Source: an uncultured Eubacteriales bacterium (lineage in GTDB: Bacteria > Bacillota > Clostridia > Oscillospirales > Acutalibacteraceae). Taken from it: a stretch of 52,720 nt of DNA. The position numbers and the translations under genes were made by a program. Numbering within the stretch: position 1 is the stretch's first letter; the number at the start of each line of letters is the position of its first letter. This document shows positions 38,203-47,837 of this stretch, piece after piece. The stretch lies in contig CAKVBG010000001.1 in the NCBI GenBank assembly GCA_934725345.1, positions 1 to 52,720 on the forward strand, read 5' to 3'. The notes under the pieces were generated by a model that was not told the DNA's origin, did not search any database, and saw only the letters and a program-made list of their open reading frames with translations.

Positions 38203-39201
38203 CTATTGTATAAAATCCAATGCGTATCTGTCTATATCTGGATACGTTCCTACTGGACTATTATACCACATTCCTATCTTTTTTGCAATATCGGACATAC
38301 TATCTGGTATTACTGCTTCAAATGTACACATTCCATTCGGATGGTCTAATGGTAATGCATCTTTTGGAAACACCCCTTCACCTAAACCATATTGGTCTGT
38401 TTCTGCCCTCTCTCTGCATATTTCGCACACTCTTCCATGAAAGTTACTTGTAAGCCATCTGTAACCGATAACAAATGGGTCGTTTCTGTTTACATTCTCA
38501 AAACTTTGTTGGTATGCATGGCTTATTAGTGTTCTTGCCAATCTCTGTGCATTGTAGTCGACTTGTCCAAAATAAAAACTGTCTTTTATCTTTTCGCCTA
38601 CATATTGTGCCCTGCCTGCATTTACATCTGTTTGTCTTGCAATTCTCCAACTTTGTATTGTTCTGCTTTTCTTTTGTGCGCTTGTGTCAACATAACTTTC
38701 TAATTCCTGTGCTATCTGGTATGCACTTTTTCCTTGTGCTGTTCCAAATGATATAATTTTATTAAGACTTTCTTGTGTCTTTTTATTATATCCCCATATA
38801 GCACCGCTAAGTGTCCAATCATCTTGATATATATTACCGTTTATAATGTTTCTTACAATCATATCTGGAACATATTGAAAAGCATTGTGTACATCTTGGT
38901 CTTTAAATCCACACTGTTTCAAGAATGTTCTTACATCTTCTACAACTGCATTGCTCACAGTGTTCATGTTTCTGATTACTCCACCTTTTATATCTCTGTT
39001 TAATTGTTCTATCCTTTGCTTGATATCACGCTTTAATAGAATAAGGTTTTGTTTTTGGTAATTTGTATTACTCATGTTTGCAACTCTTTTAGAAACATCT
39101 TTATACAATTGCGTGTACATTCTTTTTATTTCTTTCTGCATCTGCATTGTAGTTGTATTTCTTACTTGTTCAGAATTTTTCAAACTGAATTTCTGTGGCA
39201 T
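38203..39201 (-). CDS. head morphogenesis protein (SPP1 gp7 / Mu F-like, 332 aa)
   Basis: ATG at 39201 after AGGTGA, right after the portal stop. The C-terminus WLTSNFHGRVCEICRERAETDQYGLG...LPLDHPNGMCTFEAV is the gp7/F-family signature. Confidence 0.75.
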   Translation of the reverse strand: MPQKFSLKNSEQVRNTTTMQMQKEIKRMYTQLYKDVSKRVANMSNTNYQKQNLILLKRDIKQRIEQLNRDIKGGVIRNMNTVSNAVVEDVRTFLKQCGFKDQDVHNAFQYVPDMIVRNIINGNIYQDDWTLSGAIWGYNKKTQESLNKIISFGTAQGKSAYQIAQELESYVDTSAQKKSRTIQSWRIARQTDVNAGRAQYVGEKIKDSFYFGQVDYNAQRLARTLISHAYQQSFENVNRNDPFVIGYRWLTSNFHGRVCEICRERAETDQYGLGEGVFPKDALPLDHPNGMCTFEAVIPDSMSDIAKKIGMWYNSPVGTYPDIDRYALDFIQ

Positions 39202-39202
39202 T

Positions 39203-40768
39203 TTATTCACCTAACTTCTTTTGCATTTGTACATCTTCCAGATTGTTGTCAACTTCTTCTTCTGTTCCTCGTTTATTCAACTCACTTTGTACTTGTGTAT
39301 TCATACTCATACTGTCAAACATATTCTGCTCAATTGCAATCTGCATAAGTTCCTGTTCGATTTGTTCATCTGTTTTAAACTCTTCCTTACGCCATTTCTT
39401 AATATAAGATTTTCTGCTTCGTGCATTTGCGGCTATCTCTGCAAGGTCTGAATCCTTTTCTGTTTCTTCATCTTCCATCAATGCATAATTTTCTACAACT
39501 TGTATATTATACTGTATTTCTGCAAGTGTTGGAATAACATACAGTGAAGAAATAATATCCTTATTCAACTTTGCAAGGTCTATAATCGTTTCTACAATAA
39601 ACTCTAATGCAGGTCGCCACACTTTCATTTTTTCATCACAGCGAACCTGCAATGGATAGTACAATGCTTTTAAGGCTTTACCACTTGTTATTGTTCCTAC
39701 AAGTGTTTCTTCGCTTATGTTTGGCACATCAAGCTCATTATGCATTGCTGTTTTGATTCTACTTAATGTTTCTTTTACCGATTCTGTATGATTCATCTGT
39801 GGTGCTAATGTTCCAACCATGGGAGATTTACTATCTATGTTTTGGTTAGACTGTAAATCCCAATAAGCTCCTGCACCGCTTGGTAAATTTTTAGTTGTGT
39901 TTGGACTCATATCTACAGTATACCGAATAGGGTTCATCCCTTTTCTTTCACTGTCAATATCGCCATTACTTAATCTGCTATAACCTTCTTCATATTCAGA
40001 TAAGCTTTCCATTTCTGACACACCACGTTTGTCTTGTAATGTTCCGTCATTAAAAATAACAATTGCCGGAATGTATTCAAGTTGTGTTGGTGTTTCTTTT
40101 ATTAACACTTCTATTTGTTTACCAGAACCATTGTACAAAATGGAACTCATATAAATAACACTATTTCTTTCTTCATACCTGTTTACAAGGTACATTCTTT
40201 CACTTGTTGTTTTACTTTCACTTACATTTTCAAAGCTTATAAACTTTGTAAGCCTGTCTGAACCATATTCTGTTTCATAATAAAATTGTAAGCTACTATA
40301 AAAATGTGTTTGTATTCCATCTTCTTCTGAAAAATCTACTAAGCAAGCAACCCTTTTACCAATAAAACAATCTTTAGCACCTTGTATCAATGCCCTAGAA
40401 AAATTATTGTTTTTATTATTTAATACCTTATCAATTAACTTTTGGTATTCCTGTGCTTCTGTACTTGTTTTATCATCTGTATCAATAGGCTGTACAAAAA
40501 AATCTGGTGTTTGTGAAAACATAAATCTTGCTTCTTTGTCTATCAATGTTTTTGCAATCTTAAACTTTATGTTAGATGGAACATAATCTCCTGCACTACC
40601 TTCGGTATAAAACTTAGCTCCCTTTTTATAATCTATATAATTCTGTTGTATTTGTAGTAATTCTTGTGTATATAAATTATATCCTGTTTTTATTTCATTT
40701 CTTAAAACAAAATAAGGAAAGTTACATAATGCTGTAGTTACTTCTACTCCGTATTGTTTATTACTCAC
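39203..40768 (-). CDS. portal protein (SPP1 gp6-like, 521 aa, GTG start)
   Basis: First gene after promoter 40800-40828. GTG 8 nt after AAGGAG. Size and position upstream of the gp7-like gene fit a portal. Confidence 0.75.
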   Translation of the reverse strand: MSNKQYGVEVTTALCNFPYFVLRNEIKTGYNLYTQELLQIQQNYIDYKKGAKFYTEGSAGDYVPSNIKFKIAKTLIDKEARFMFSQTPDFFVQPIDTDDKTSTEAQEYQKLIDKVLNNKNNNFSRALIQGAKDCFIGKRVACLVDFSEEDGIQTHFYSSLQFYYETEYGSDRLTKFISFENVSESKTTSERMYLVNRYEERNSVIYMSSILYNGSGKQIEVLIKETPTQLEYIPAIVIFNDGTLQDKRGVSEMESLSEYEEGYSRLSNGDIDSERKGMNPIRYTVDMSPNTTKNLPSGAGAYWDLQSNQNIDSKSPMVGTLAPQMNHTESVKETLSRIKTAMHNELDVPNISEETLVGTITSGKALKALYYPLQVRCDEKMKVWRPALEFIVETIIDLAKLNKDIISSLYVIPTLAEIQYNIQVVENYALMEDEETEKDSDLAEIAANARSRKSYIKKWRKEEFKTDEQIEQELMQIAIEQNMFDSMSMNTQVQSELNKRGTEEEVDNNLEDVQMQKKLGE

Positions 40769-40799
40769 TGTTATACTCCTTTCTTTTGTTGTTGATACT

Positions 40800-40828
40800 A
40801 TTATATATTGTTATTCTATGTTTGTCAA
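40800..40828 (-). promoter_or_regulatory. sigma-A/sigma-70-type promoter of the portal-head-tail operon
   Basis: TTGACA(40828-40823)-aacatagaataacaata-TATAAT(40805-40800), with an A-rich UP-like tract upstream (40829-40900). Confidence 0.8.
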
Positions 40829-40937
40829 TATATATTATATATAATATTCTTTTTTATTTATTTTCTTTTATCTTACTTTTCTTTTCTTTCTTTTTCTTTA
40901 TACACTTACAAGCTCCTATTTGCCTATTTAAATCTAT

Positions 40938-40968
40938 TTATAATAATAGGGCGGTATTTCTACCACCC
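40938..40968 (-). terminator. intrinsic terminator after the endolysin gene
   Basis: Minus RNA: GGGUGGUA-gaaa-UACCGCCC (8 bp, one U-G, GNRA loop) followed by UAUUAUUAUAA. Confidence 0.65.
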
Positions 40969-41003
40969 CACTAATAAAAATGCTTATATGCCTTAAATAG
41001 CCG

Positions 41004-42008
41004 CTACTGAATATACAATTGAAACTTATCTATTGCTATTCCAAACTCTCCTGCATATCCATCCATACCACCACTTGTAAAGTTGTCTATTTGTTCACTG
41101 TAATATGCCTTGCTTGTTATCGGTGATACTCTATAACGTGCCTGTTGGTATTCATAACCTTCTGGTGTTATATAATACACTTCTATTGCATCTATTGTTC
41201 TTCCGTCGCCTGCATAACCATTATTGAAATCATTTAAATTACATCCTGTTACATATGGCAGCCAATCTACTCCGAGAACATGGACTCTGTATTTAACAGA
41301 GCCTTTATCTACTCTGATTGCTACGCCTGTTATTGGTACTCCATCTCCTGCCCCTGCAAAACCATTGCAATTTACATCATTCTTATTTGTTATAAAATCC
41401 CACCATTTGTTTCCATTTGTTTGTACTGCATATGTAGCATTTACTTGTCCTAAACTTTTGTTACATTCTGTATTTGTTTCTGTACTATAATTTGTTTTAA
41501 TGCTACTTACCGTACCATTTATAATGTCCTTTTTGAATGTATTCCAGATACTAGCATCTTTTCCACCAGTACCCCATCCATTCCATCCCGGGCATTGTTT
41601 TGTACATACATCCCAATGTCGAACTACATTGCTTGCAGGAATGTTATATTTGTTCATAAGGTATTTTGTAAGCTCTACAGTGTTCTTATATGTTTTGTTT
41701 GCTATTGCTCCATTTGTACTGCACATTTCAATGTTAATGCAATTGTAATTTGTTACTTTTCCAAAAAGGTTATTGTTACCATAATTTACACCGACACCCC
41801 AACTTATATTATTATCTTCTACACACTGGTATATGTCGTTTTCATCAACAAAATAGTGTGCGCTACCGCCCCTATATACATCACGGAAATAGTTTGCATT
41901 GTTTTTTGCTTTATCAGTCCAATTCCCTGTGTAATGAATAACAATATACCTTTTTGTATTTCCATCATTTTCAAAATTAACTTTCGTTAAATCACGTATG
42001 ATATTCAT
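41004..42008 (-). CDS. endolysin: N-acetylmuramoyl-L-alanine amidase (PGRP/Amidase_2) with C-terminal ChW-like wall-binding repeats
   Basis: YIVIHYTGN, GGSAHYFVDENDIYQCV, NCINIEMC and RHWDVCTKQCPGW give the amidase_2 zinc-site pattern. C-terminal repeats: GFAGAGDGVPITGVAIRV, GYAGDGRTIDAIEVYY, GYAGEFGIAIDKFQLYI. Confidence 0.85.
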   Translation of the reverse strand: MNIIRDLTKVNFENDGNTKRYIVIHYTGNWTDKAKNNANYFRDVYRGGSAHYFVDENDIYQCVEDNNISWGVGVNYGNNNLFGKVTNYNCINIEMCSTNGAIANKTYKNTVELTKYLMNKYNIPASNVVRHWDVCTKQCPGWNGWGTGGKDASIWNTFKKDIINGTVSSIKTNYSTETNTECNKSLGQVNATYAVQTNGNKWWDFITNKNDVNCNGFAGAGDGVPITGVAIRVDKGSVKYRVHVLGVDWLPYVTGCNLNDFNNGYAGDGRTIDAIEVYYITPEGYEYQQARYRVSPITSKAYYSEQIDNFTSGGMDGYAGEFGIAIDKFQLYIQ

Positions 42009-42061
42009 TTGCCTTTGAACCTCCTTATCTGCTTATTTAAGACATTTTAATTGTTTAACGG

Positions 42062-42295
42062 CTATTTCTCTGCTTCTACTTCTGGAATCCCTGCAATGCT
42101 CGTTAACACGCTTACAACGCCTGCTACTACGCTTGCACTAAGTACCATTTTCCAATCTACAGAACTAATCACTGTTCCTGCACCAATAACACCTACTGCG
42201 GTTTGTGCCATTGTTTTAATAGCTCTCACTACTGTTGCCTTGCACCACTTTACTGTATTTACATCTGGTTTTAATACGCAATTCTTAAACATCAT
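42062..42295 (-). CDS. holin (77 aa)
   Basis: Immediately upstream of the endolysin gene. Two hydrophobic helices (AIKTMAQTAVGVIGAGTVI, MVLSASVVAGVVSVLTSIAGI) and a charged C-terminus. Confidence 0.65.
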   Translation of the reverse strand: MMFKNCVLKPDVNTVKWCKATVVRAIKTMAQTAVGVIGAGTVISSVDWKMVLSASVVAGVVSVLTSIAGIPEVEAEK

Positions 42296-42545
42296 GTTTT
42301 ACCTCACTTTCTAAATCTGCTATCCTGTGATTTGCTACTTTTAATTGTTCCTCTTGTACTGCTGTCTTTTCTTCTAATCTGTATGTTCTTTCAATTAAGT
42401 TGTTATGTTTGTTTACCTTTTGCGTAAGTTCTTCTAATTTGTATTCCATCAATGCGCGTGTTTTATCATTTTGCGCTCTATTGTTTACTACACATACAAA
42501 CAATGTAACGGAAGCACTCACAAGGCTTGCTATTATTGTTTCCAT
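42285..42545 (-). CDS. BhlA/UviB-like membrane + coiled-coil lysis accessory protein (86 aa)
   Basis: ATG at 42545, 1 nt after the upstream stop. N-terminal TM IIASLVSASVTLFVCVV followed by a coiled coil. Confidence 0.45.
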   Translation of the reverse strand: METIIASLVSASVTLFVCVVNNRAQNDKTRALMEYKLEELTQKVNKHNNLIERTYRLEEKTAVQEEQLKVANHRIADLESEVKHDV

Positions 42546-42546
42546 T

Positions 42547-42963
42547 CTAAGATACCTCTGTATATTGTTTGCTTGTAAATGTCCATGTATCTGTGTTATC
42601 AACTTTTAAATCCATAAAAACAAATTTACCATTGATAAAACAATCACCAGTAAAATGCACTTCTGTATCTGTGTATTGTGTTAGCTCAAGAATCATTGTT
42701 GTATTACTGAATGTACTTGAAGTTAATTTTACTTCTATTGTTTTGTTTGGGTAATCATTCATAATAGATAACAATGATTGTACAGCATTGTTTGTGAAGC
42801 TTTGTACAGTTATTTGCCCCATTGTTTCTGTTGCTATTATTATTTCATGTTGATATTCAAGTAAGTCTTCAACAGTAGCGTACATTTTTTCTGTTTCATT
42901 GTTATTTTTATTACTTTTTTTTCGCAATAATGCAAATAATTCTTCGCTACTTAATGTTTCCAT
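42547..42963 (-). CDS. hypothetical protein (138 aa)
   Basis: ATG at 42963 with an AAGGAGG SD. No motif recognised. Confidence 0.6.
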   Translation of the reverse strand: METLSSEELFALLRKKSNKNNNETEKMYATVEDLLEYQHEIIIATETMGQITVQSFTNNAVQSLLSIMNDYPNKTIEVKLTSSTFSNTTMILELTQYTDTEVHFTGDCFINGKFVFMDLKVDNTDTWTFTSKQYTEVS

Positions 42964-43056
42964 ATTTTATTTGCCTCCTTTTTTATTTTATATTTTTCCC
43001 TCATAAAGTAAACGCTTTTTTTGTTAACTATAGCCCCATTTAGCCATTATTATAGG

Positions 43057-44799
43057 TTAACGTACAAGCCCTTCTGAGGTAAATTCATTTTTCTTGAAAT
43101 CTACAATTCCGTTTTCTCTTAAAATTTTAGTGAGATTAACTGCTGGTGCATTTAGAATTAAATTATCAGCATTAAAAGGAAAATCGTTATTGTAAATTGT
43201 TACATATAAATCGCCGTTGTAATTATCGCCCAACCAATAGCCAAACTCCATGTCTGTTTCGGTTAGTTTTACTTTTTTAAAATCCCACCCATCAGTAGCG
43301 AACCAGAATAGTCCAGCTCCAAGATAATCTGGCATAAGGAATTTGTTTCCGTGATTATCAATTGTTACATTTGATAACGCAATATTACCAAATTCTTCTT
43401 GTGGTGCTTTGTACAAGTATGTGTAGTTAGAATAATCGCTAAGTTTTGATGTTGGACATCTCATAATTCCTTTGTTTTTGTAATATTCCGAATCTTGCGT
43501 ATAATCAGTACAAAAATACGCATAATATTCATCGAACCACCACTGTGTTAATTTAAACTGTGACCCATTGGCAACAATCTCAAATTTCCATTTATCAGAA
43601 GTAACATCGTATGTTGCTTTGATTATGTAACATTCATTAGGCGAATCGCCTGTTGTAATATACCAGTTTTTGTCGTATTTGTTATAATATACGCCATGAA
43701 AATGCCTAAAAGTTATTACATTATTTTCAATAGATGTCTTTCCAGATTCAAGGAAGCATTTGATTGTTTTTCCACCGTCTACGGTGTACCATCCTCTTGG
43801 TGTACCATTTAGCTTATATTCGCCCCACGCAAGAACTTCTGTACCGTCAATTATGTGAATAAATGAGTTATAATATGAGAAAAAATTATTTTTATCTATT
43901 GGAGTGAAAGTTTCTCCGTCAATGCCGTATATTGCGGATTCTTCCATTGTGCTAAAATCTTTTGACACAACACAGCATTTTTCATCACCGCAAATAAGTA
44001 TACTGCAATCCAAGAAGAAATGAATATACTTTATGTTTCCATATTTGTTTTCTTTTTTTACCCAAGTTTTTCCTAGGTCATTAGAAAACTTTAAATAGTT
44101 TGTGTCGTTTTCATCTTCGCATTTAATGATATAGTTCAAATGTGTCCCAATTACAGTTTCCCTGTTTTTACTTAGATTTATTGAAATCTGTTCAGGCAAG
44201 TTTTTTTTGTTATTTTTCTCAAGAAGATTAACTCTTTCGTATAACCCATCAGAAAACATTTTATCCCCAGTTATTTTGAAATCAATTTCATACACTGGTA
44301 GTTCCGAATCGTTAGCTTTTGCAAAGACGAATTTAAGGTGCTTATCGCCAATTTGGGGATTATACCACCATTCTTCATCGATAGAATTTGCTTCAATCCA
44401 GTCAGACATATTATTGATTGTTTCGCCATCATCCGCATAAAACCATCTGTATTTGTCGAATCCACTGGCTTTAATATAGCATTTTTCTCCAGCTTTCAAA
44501 AAAATGTCATTAGTTATAACTCTTGTATTATCAGGTATAAAGTCGTTAAATGGTCGACCAACCTGAATGTATTGTGTCCCATTTCGCAAGAAATTTCCTA
44601 GCACATTTTTATGTACCAAAGAAATGCCATTTTCTACGGTTGCTAAATCTTCCTTTAATTCATCAATCTGTGCAAGTTTTTCTGCACTTATACCTCCTAA
44701 ATCACTTCCCTCTGGTGCAGGCGGTATAAATTGTACTTCTTCTGTTGCGCCTGTTGCTTCATTCTTTGCATAAAAACATTCTGCTTTTACTCTTGCCAT
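43057..44799 (-). CDS. receptor-binding / tail spike-like protein with BNR (Asp-box) sialidase-like propeller (580 aa)
   Basis: ATG at 44799 after AGGAAGGAAG. Asp-box FSNDLGKTWV and a second degenerate YTVDGGKTI. The C-terminal half is rich in aromatic beta-strands. Confidence 0.5.
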   Translation of the reverse strand: MARVKAECFYAKNEATGATEEVQFIPPAPEGSDLGGISAEKLAQIDELKEDLATVENGISLVHKNVLGNFLRNGTQYIQVGRPFNDFIPDNTRVITNDIFLKAGEKCYIKASGFDKYRWFYADDGETINNMSDWIEANSIDEEWWYNPQIGDKHLKFVFAKANDSELPVYEIDFKITGDKMFSDGLYERVNLLEKNNKKNLPEQISINLSKNRETVIGTHLNYIIKCEDENDTNYLKFSNDLGKTWVKKENKYGNIKYIHFFLDCSILICGDEKCCVVSKDFSTMEESAIYGIDGETFTPIDKNNFFSYYNSFIHIIDGTEVLAWGEYKLNGTPRGWYTVDGGKTIKCFLESGKTSIENNVITFRHFHGVYYNKYDKNWYITTGDSPNECYIIKATYDVTSDKWKFEIVANGSQFKLTQWWFDEYYAYFCTDYTQDSEYYKNKGIMRCPTSKLSDYSNYTYLYKAPQEEFGNIALSNVTIDNHGNKFLMPDYLGAGLFWFATDGWDFKKVKLTETDMEFGYWLGDNYNGDLYVTIYNNDFPFNADNLILNAPAVNLTKILRENGIVDFKKNEFTSEGLVR

Positions 44800-44800
44800 T

Positions 44801-45115
44801 TTATACGCTTCCTTCCTGTTTAACACATCTTTTCTGTTCACTATACACTATTTCGCCTGCTACTATGTTTACAGCTTCGCCTGTGTCAATACTATACCAT
44901 GTTCCTGTTTCTTCTTCATTTATTTTATGAAATACATATACTTTATCTTCTGCCCCTGTTGCATCAAGAATAAGTGCTGTACTTCCGCTTGCTATTCCGC
45001 TTGTTGGTAAATTTGCTACATCCGCTTTTAAACACTGTATTTTATATCTAGCACCTTCCCTACCAACTAATTGTATACTTCCTACCTCAATGTCTTTTAC
45101 TTCCTTATATGCCAT
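44801..45115 (-). CDS. hypothetical protein in the fibre module (104 aa)
   Basis: ATG at 45115 with an AGGAGG SD. Confidence 0.55.
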   Translation of the reverse strand: MAYKEVKDIEVGSIQLVGREGARYKIQCLKADVANLPTSGIASGSTALILDATGAEDKVYVFHKINEEETGTWYSIDTGEAVNIVAGEIVYSEQKRCVKQEGSV

Positions 45116-45127
45116 TTTAAACACCTC

Positions 45128-45616
45128 CTATAAGCTATCCAATTCTGTTTCCGCTGTCCATAAACTAAACACTTCATTTTCGCCTAATGCTTTTACTTGT
45201 ACAACCGCACCTTCCATGTTTTCATTTAGAAAATCATCAGAATAGTTAGATATAATAAAAGCATTATAATCTGTTTCAAATTCTTTTTGTTCACCATTTT
45301 GTTTTGTTATGCGCACTTTATAGCTTGTCGCATTTTCTACTTCATTCCATTTAACTGTTACACATGAATATTTGTACCACCTAAAATCCATATTGAGATA
45401 CATTGCACTTTCTATTACTGGTACTTCAAGTTTATTCTTCTCAATGAAATTCTTTGCCGCATTTCCGAAAGCTTCTTTTAATTCATCACTTATATCTACC
45501 TTTATTTCTGGTATTTCTATATGTGGTGGATTAAGTTTAGGGGTACACGCATAAACGGGCATTGTAGGTACAAATAAGGACGCTACAAACAATCCTGTAA
45601 ATATTTTCTTTTTCAT
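45128..45616 (-). CDS. predicted lipoprotein with an FN3-like domain (162 aa)
   Basis: ATG at 45616 after AAGGAG. Signal peptide MKKKIFTGLFVASLFVPTMPVYAC (lipobox-like VYAC). VTVKWNEVENATSYKVRITK is an FN3-type strand pattern. Confidence 0.55.
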   Translation of the reverse strand: MKKKIFTGLFVASLFVPTMPVYACTPKLNPPHIEIPEIKVDISDELKEAFGNAAKNFIEKNKLEVPVIESAMYLNMDFRWYKYSCVTVKWNEVENATSYKVRITKQNGEQKEFETDYNAFIISNYSDDFLNENMEGAVVQVKALGENEVFSLWTAETELDSL

Positions 45617-45629
45617 CTCTTTCACTCCT

Positions 45630-47510
45630 TTACTCAAAAGCTATCCATATATATTCACTTGTTGCTAACTGTGTTTCTTCTTTACTTGTTGGTGTATATG
45701 TTACTGTTCCACCATTAAATGATAATGTTCCCACTGCTGTACTAGGTACTTTGAGATAAGAACTTGCATTAACTCCAACACCTTTAGTTGTTCCATTTTG
45801 ATATGTTATTGCATTCATACAAGACGAACCTGTTGAAAAACCACCACTTTGTAACAAATAAAATTCGGATATACTATTTAATCCTGTTTCAATTGTTGTT
45901 GGCGAACTTCCTTTTTTCACACTTATTGTTCCCTTACCGAAACCATTACCGCCAACTGTTGTATCAAGTGTTCCTGCTATTCCTAATATTGTTTTTCCTT
46001 TTTTAACATTCTCAGGTTTTAAATCTGATACAGCAAATATATTTATACTTACTTCCTTTGTACCATCATGATAACCTTTTGGAATTGTATAAGATTCAGT
46101 TTTTGTTGCAAGTGTTGCATTGCTAATATTCGTTTTATCTGGCATTGTACCAGTTACTTTTTCACCTGCTACATAAGCAGTTTTGCCACTTAGAATGTTT
46201 TCAGCTATAGCAGTCGCATCGCTTGTATCAATACCAGTACTTGCTTCTAGTGTCCCAATAACGCCTAATATAGAGACATCTTTCTTTATATTTTCCGGTA
46301 TGATTTTGTCTCTATCAGATTTTTCTATATTTACTGTTACGCCTTTACCATTTGAATGTCCTTCTGGAATTGTTATTGTACTATCTTTATTTCTAATAGA
46401 ATAACTTCTGTCACCAATTTCTTCCATAGTACCTGTTATTTTTTGTCCTTTAGAAAAGGCTATAAGACCTTTCAACATTCCACTAGCTGTTACTGTTCCA
46501 TAAGATGTATCAACTACATTGTCATTGATTATTTTTGTTCCTGTTAATTTCAACCCGTTTTTACTTGTAAAGGTTTTACCTTGCGCAACGTCTCTTGCTA
46601 CTGCATCACCAAATTTATCTGCATTTATTATTGCTGTTCCTGTTTTCGTATCATTGTCTTTCATTAGCACTGGCTTTGTTTTATCTGCAAGCGCTGTACT
46701 TGTATTCATTCTTATTACTGGAATGTCAAGCGTGACTCCTGCTACTGGTTCACTTTTAACAATGTCAAATGTAGGATTAGATAATGTTGTTTTAAGATTT
46801 CCTGTGTCATCAAGCGTACCAATTACCTTTTTACCTTTTACATAAGCTGTGCGACCTTGTTCTATATTACTACTTATTGCTGTTGCATCATCTGTATATA
46901 ATTTCAATAAAGACTTTGCACTATCTTCGTTTTTTTTTAATGATACGCACCGTGTTTCACTATTGTATACAAATTCATTTGCTACATTTGTTTCGTATAA
47001 ATTTAAAAGCTGTTCAAGAATATCTGGATACTGTTCTTTTATTATTTCTTCTGCCTCTAATCCTTCTAAGCTTGTTCCGCTTGCAAGTGTTGTGTGCCAC
47101 CTATTTGTTTCTGTACCGTCTTGCGTACTCCATCTTGCACATATTACAAACTGTACTTCTCCTTTGTATGCTGTTACTGTATCAGAAAGCACCCAACTAA
47201 ACGTTACTGCTTCTTCTTCAATTGCTGTATCTGTTACAATATAAGAATCAAGGTCACCATTTGCATTTCTGTAGTTAATATATATATGTGCTTTGCTCAT
47301 ATCAAGATTATTTCCTACATATCGTGCAATTTTAAAATACTTTCTTTCACCATCTAAATCGTGCTGTACACCGAATATCAATTCACCATCTGGAATTATT
47401 ATTTGTCTTGTTATTGGATTTATTTCTAAATACTCGTTTGCATCTTCTATTACACTTTTATCAGTTAAATCTTGTTCCGCAACTTTTAACAAATCTTCTA
47501 CTGTTGGCAT
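45630..47510 (-). CDS. tail fibre protein with six G-x-T-x7-G-T repeats (626 aa)
   Basis: AGGTGA SD. Repeats: GRTAYVKGKKVIGTL, GKTFTSKNGLKLTGT, FSKGQKITGTM, VSILGVIGTL, GKTAYVAGEKVTGTM, GKTILGIAGTL. Confidence 0.65.
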   Translation of the reverse strand: MPTVEDLLKVAEQDLTDKSVIEDANEYLEINPITRQIIIPDGELIFGVQHDLDGERKYFKIARYVGNNLDMSKAHIYINYRNANGDLDSYIVTDTAIEEEAVTFSWVLSDTVTAYKGEVQFVICARWSTQDGTETNRWHTTLASGTSLEGLEAEEIIKEQYPDILEQLLNLYETNVANEFVYNSETRCVSLKKNEDSAKSLLKLYTDDATAISSNIEQGRTAYVKGKKVIGTLDDTGNLKTTLSNPTFDIVKSEPVAGVTLDIPVIRMNTSTALADKTKPVLMKDNDTKTGTAIINADKFGDAVARDVAQGKTFTSKNGLKLTGTKIINDNVVDTSYGTVTASGMLKGLIAFSKGQKITGTMEEIGDRSYSIRNKDSTITIPEGHSNGKGVTVNIEKSDRDKIIPENIKKDVSILGVIGTLEASTGIDTSDATAIAENILSGKTAYVAGEKVTGTMPDKTNISNATLATKTESYTIPKGYHDGTKEVSINIFAVSDLKPENVKKGKTILGIAGTLDTTVGGNGFGKGTISVKKGSSPTTIETGLNSISEFYLLQSGGFSTGSSCMNAITYQNGTTKGVGVNASSYLKVPSTAVGTLSFNGGTVTYTPTSKEETQLATSEYIWIAFE

Positions 47511-47520
47511 TTTTATTCAC

Positions 47521-47832
47521 CTACCTTTGTTGCACATAATATCTATTTGTAGTAAGTTCCTTTTCGCTGTTCTTTCCTGTTACTTTGAAAGAAAAGATAC
47601 TTCCTCTTGTTACTTTCTTTGGAATTACTACAACCCCATTATTTGCTATTATGTTCGTTTCATTGTTTTCTGAATCGTATAAACTTACAACCTTTGCTGT
47701 GTTCTTCCACTCTTCATCAAATTTGATAGCCAAACATAAATAGTTATCTGTTCCTCGGATAATATAACTTAAATCTGTTGTTTTATCTTTATCCAATTTC
47801 TGCCCTTTTACATTAAAATGTAAATTACGCAT
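47521..47832 (-). CDS. hypothetical beta-rich protein upstream of the tail fibre gene (103 aa)
   Basis: ATG at 47832 with an AAGGAGG SD. Confidence 0.6.
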   Translation of the reverse strand: MRNLHFNVKGQKLDKDKTTDLSYIIRGTDNYLCLAIKFDEEWKNTAKVVSLYDSENNETNIIANNGVVVIPKKVTRGSIFSFKVTGKNSEKELTTNRYYVQQR

Positions 47833-47837
47833 TTCTT

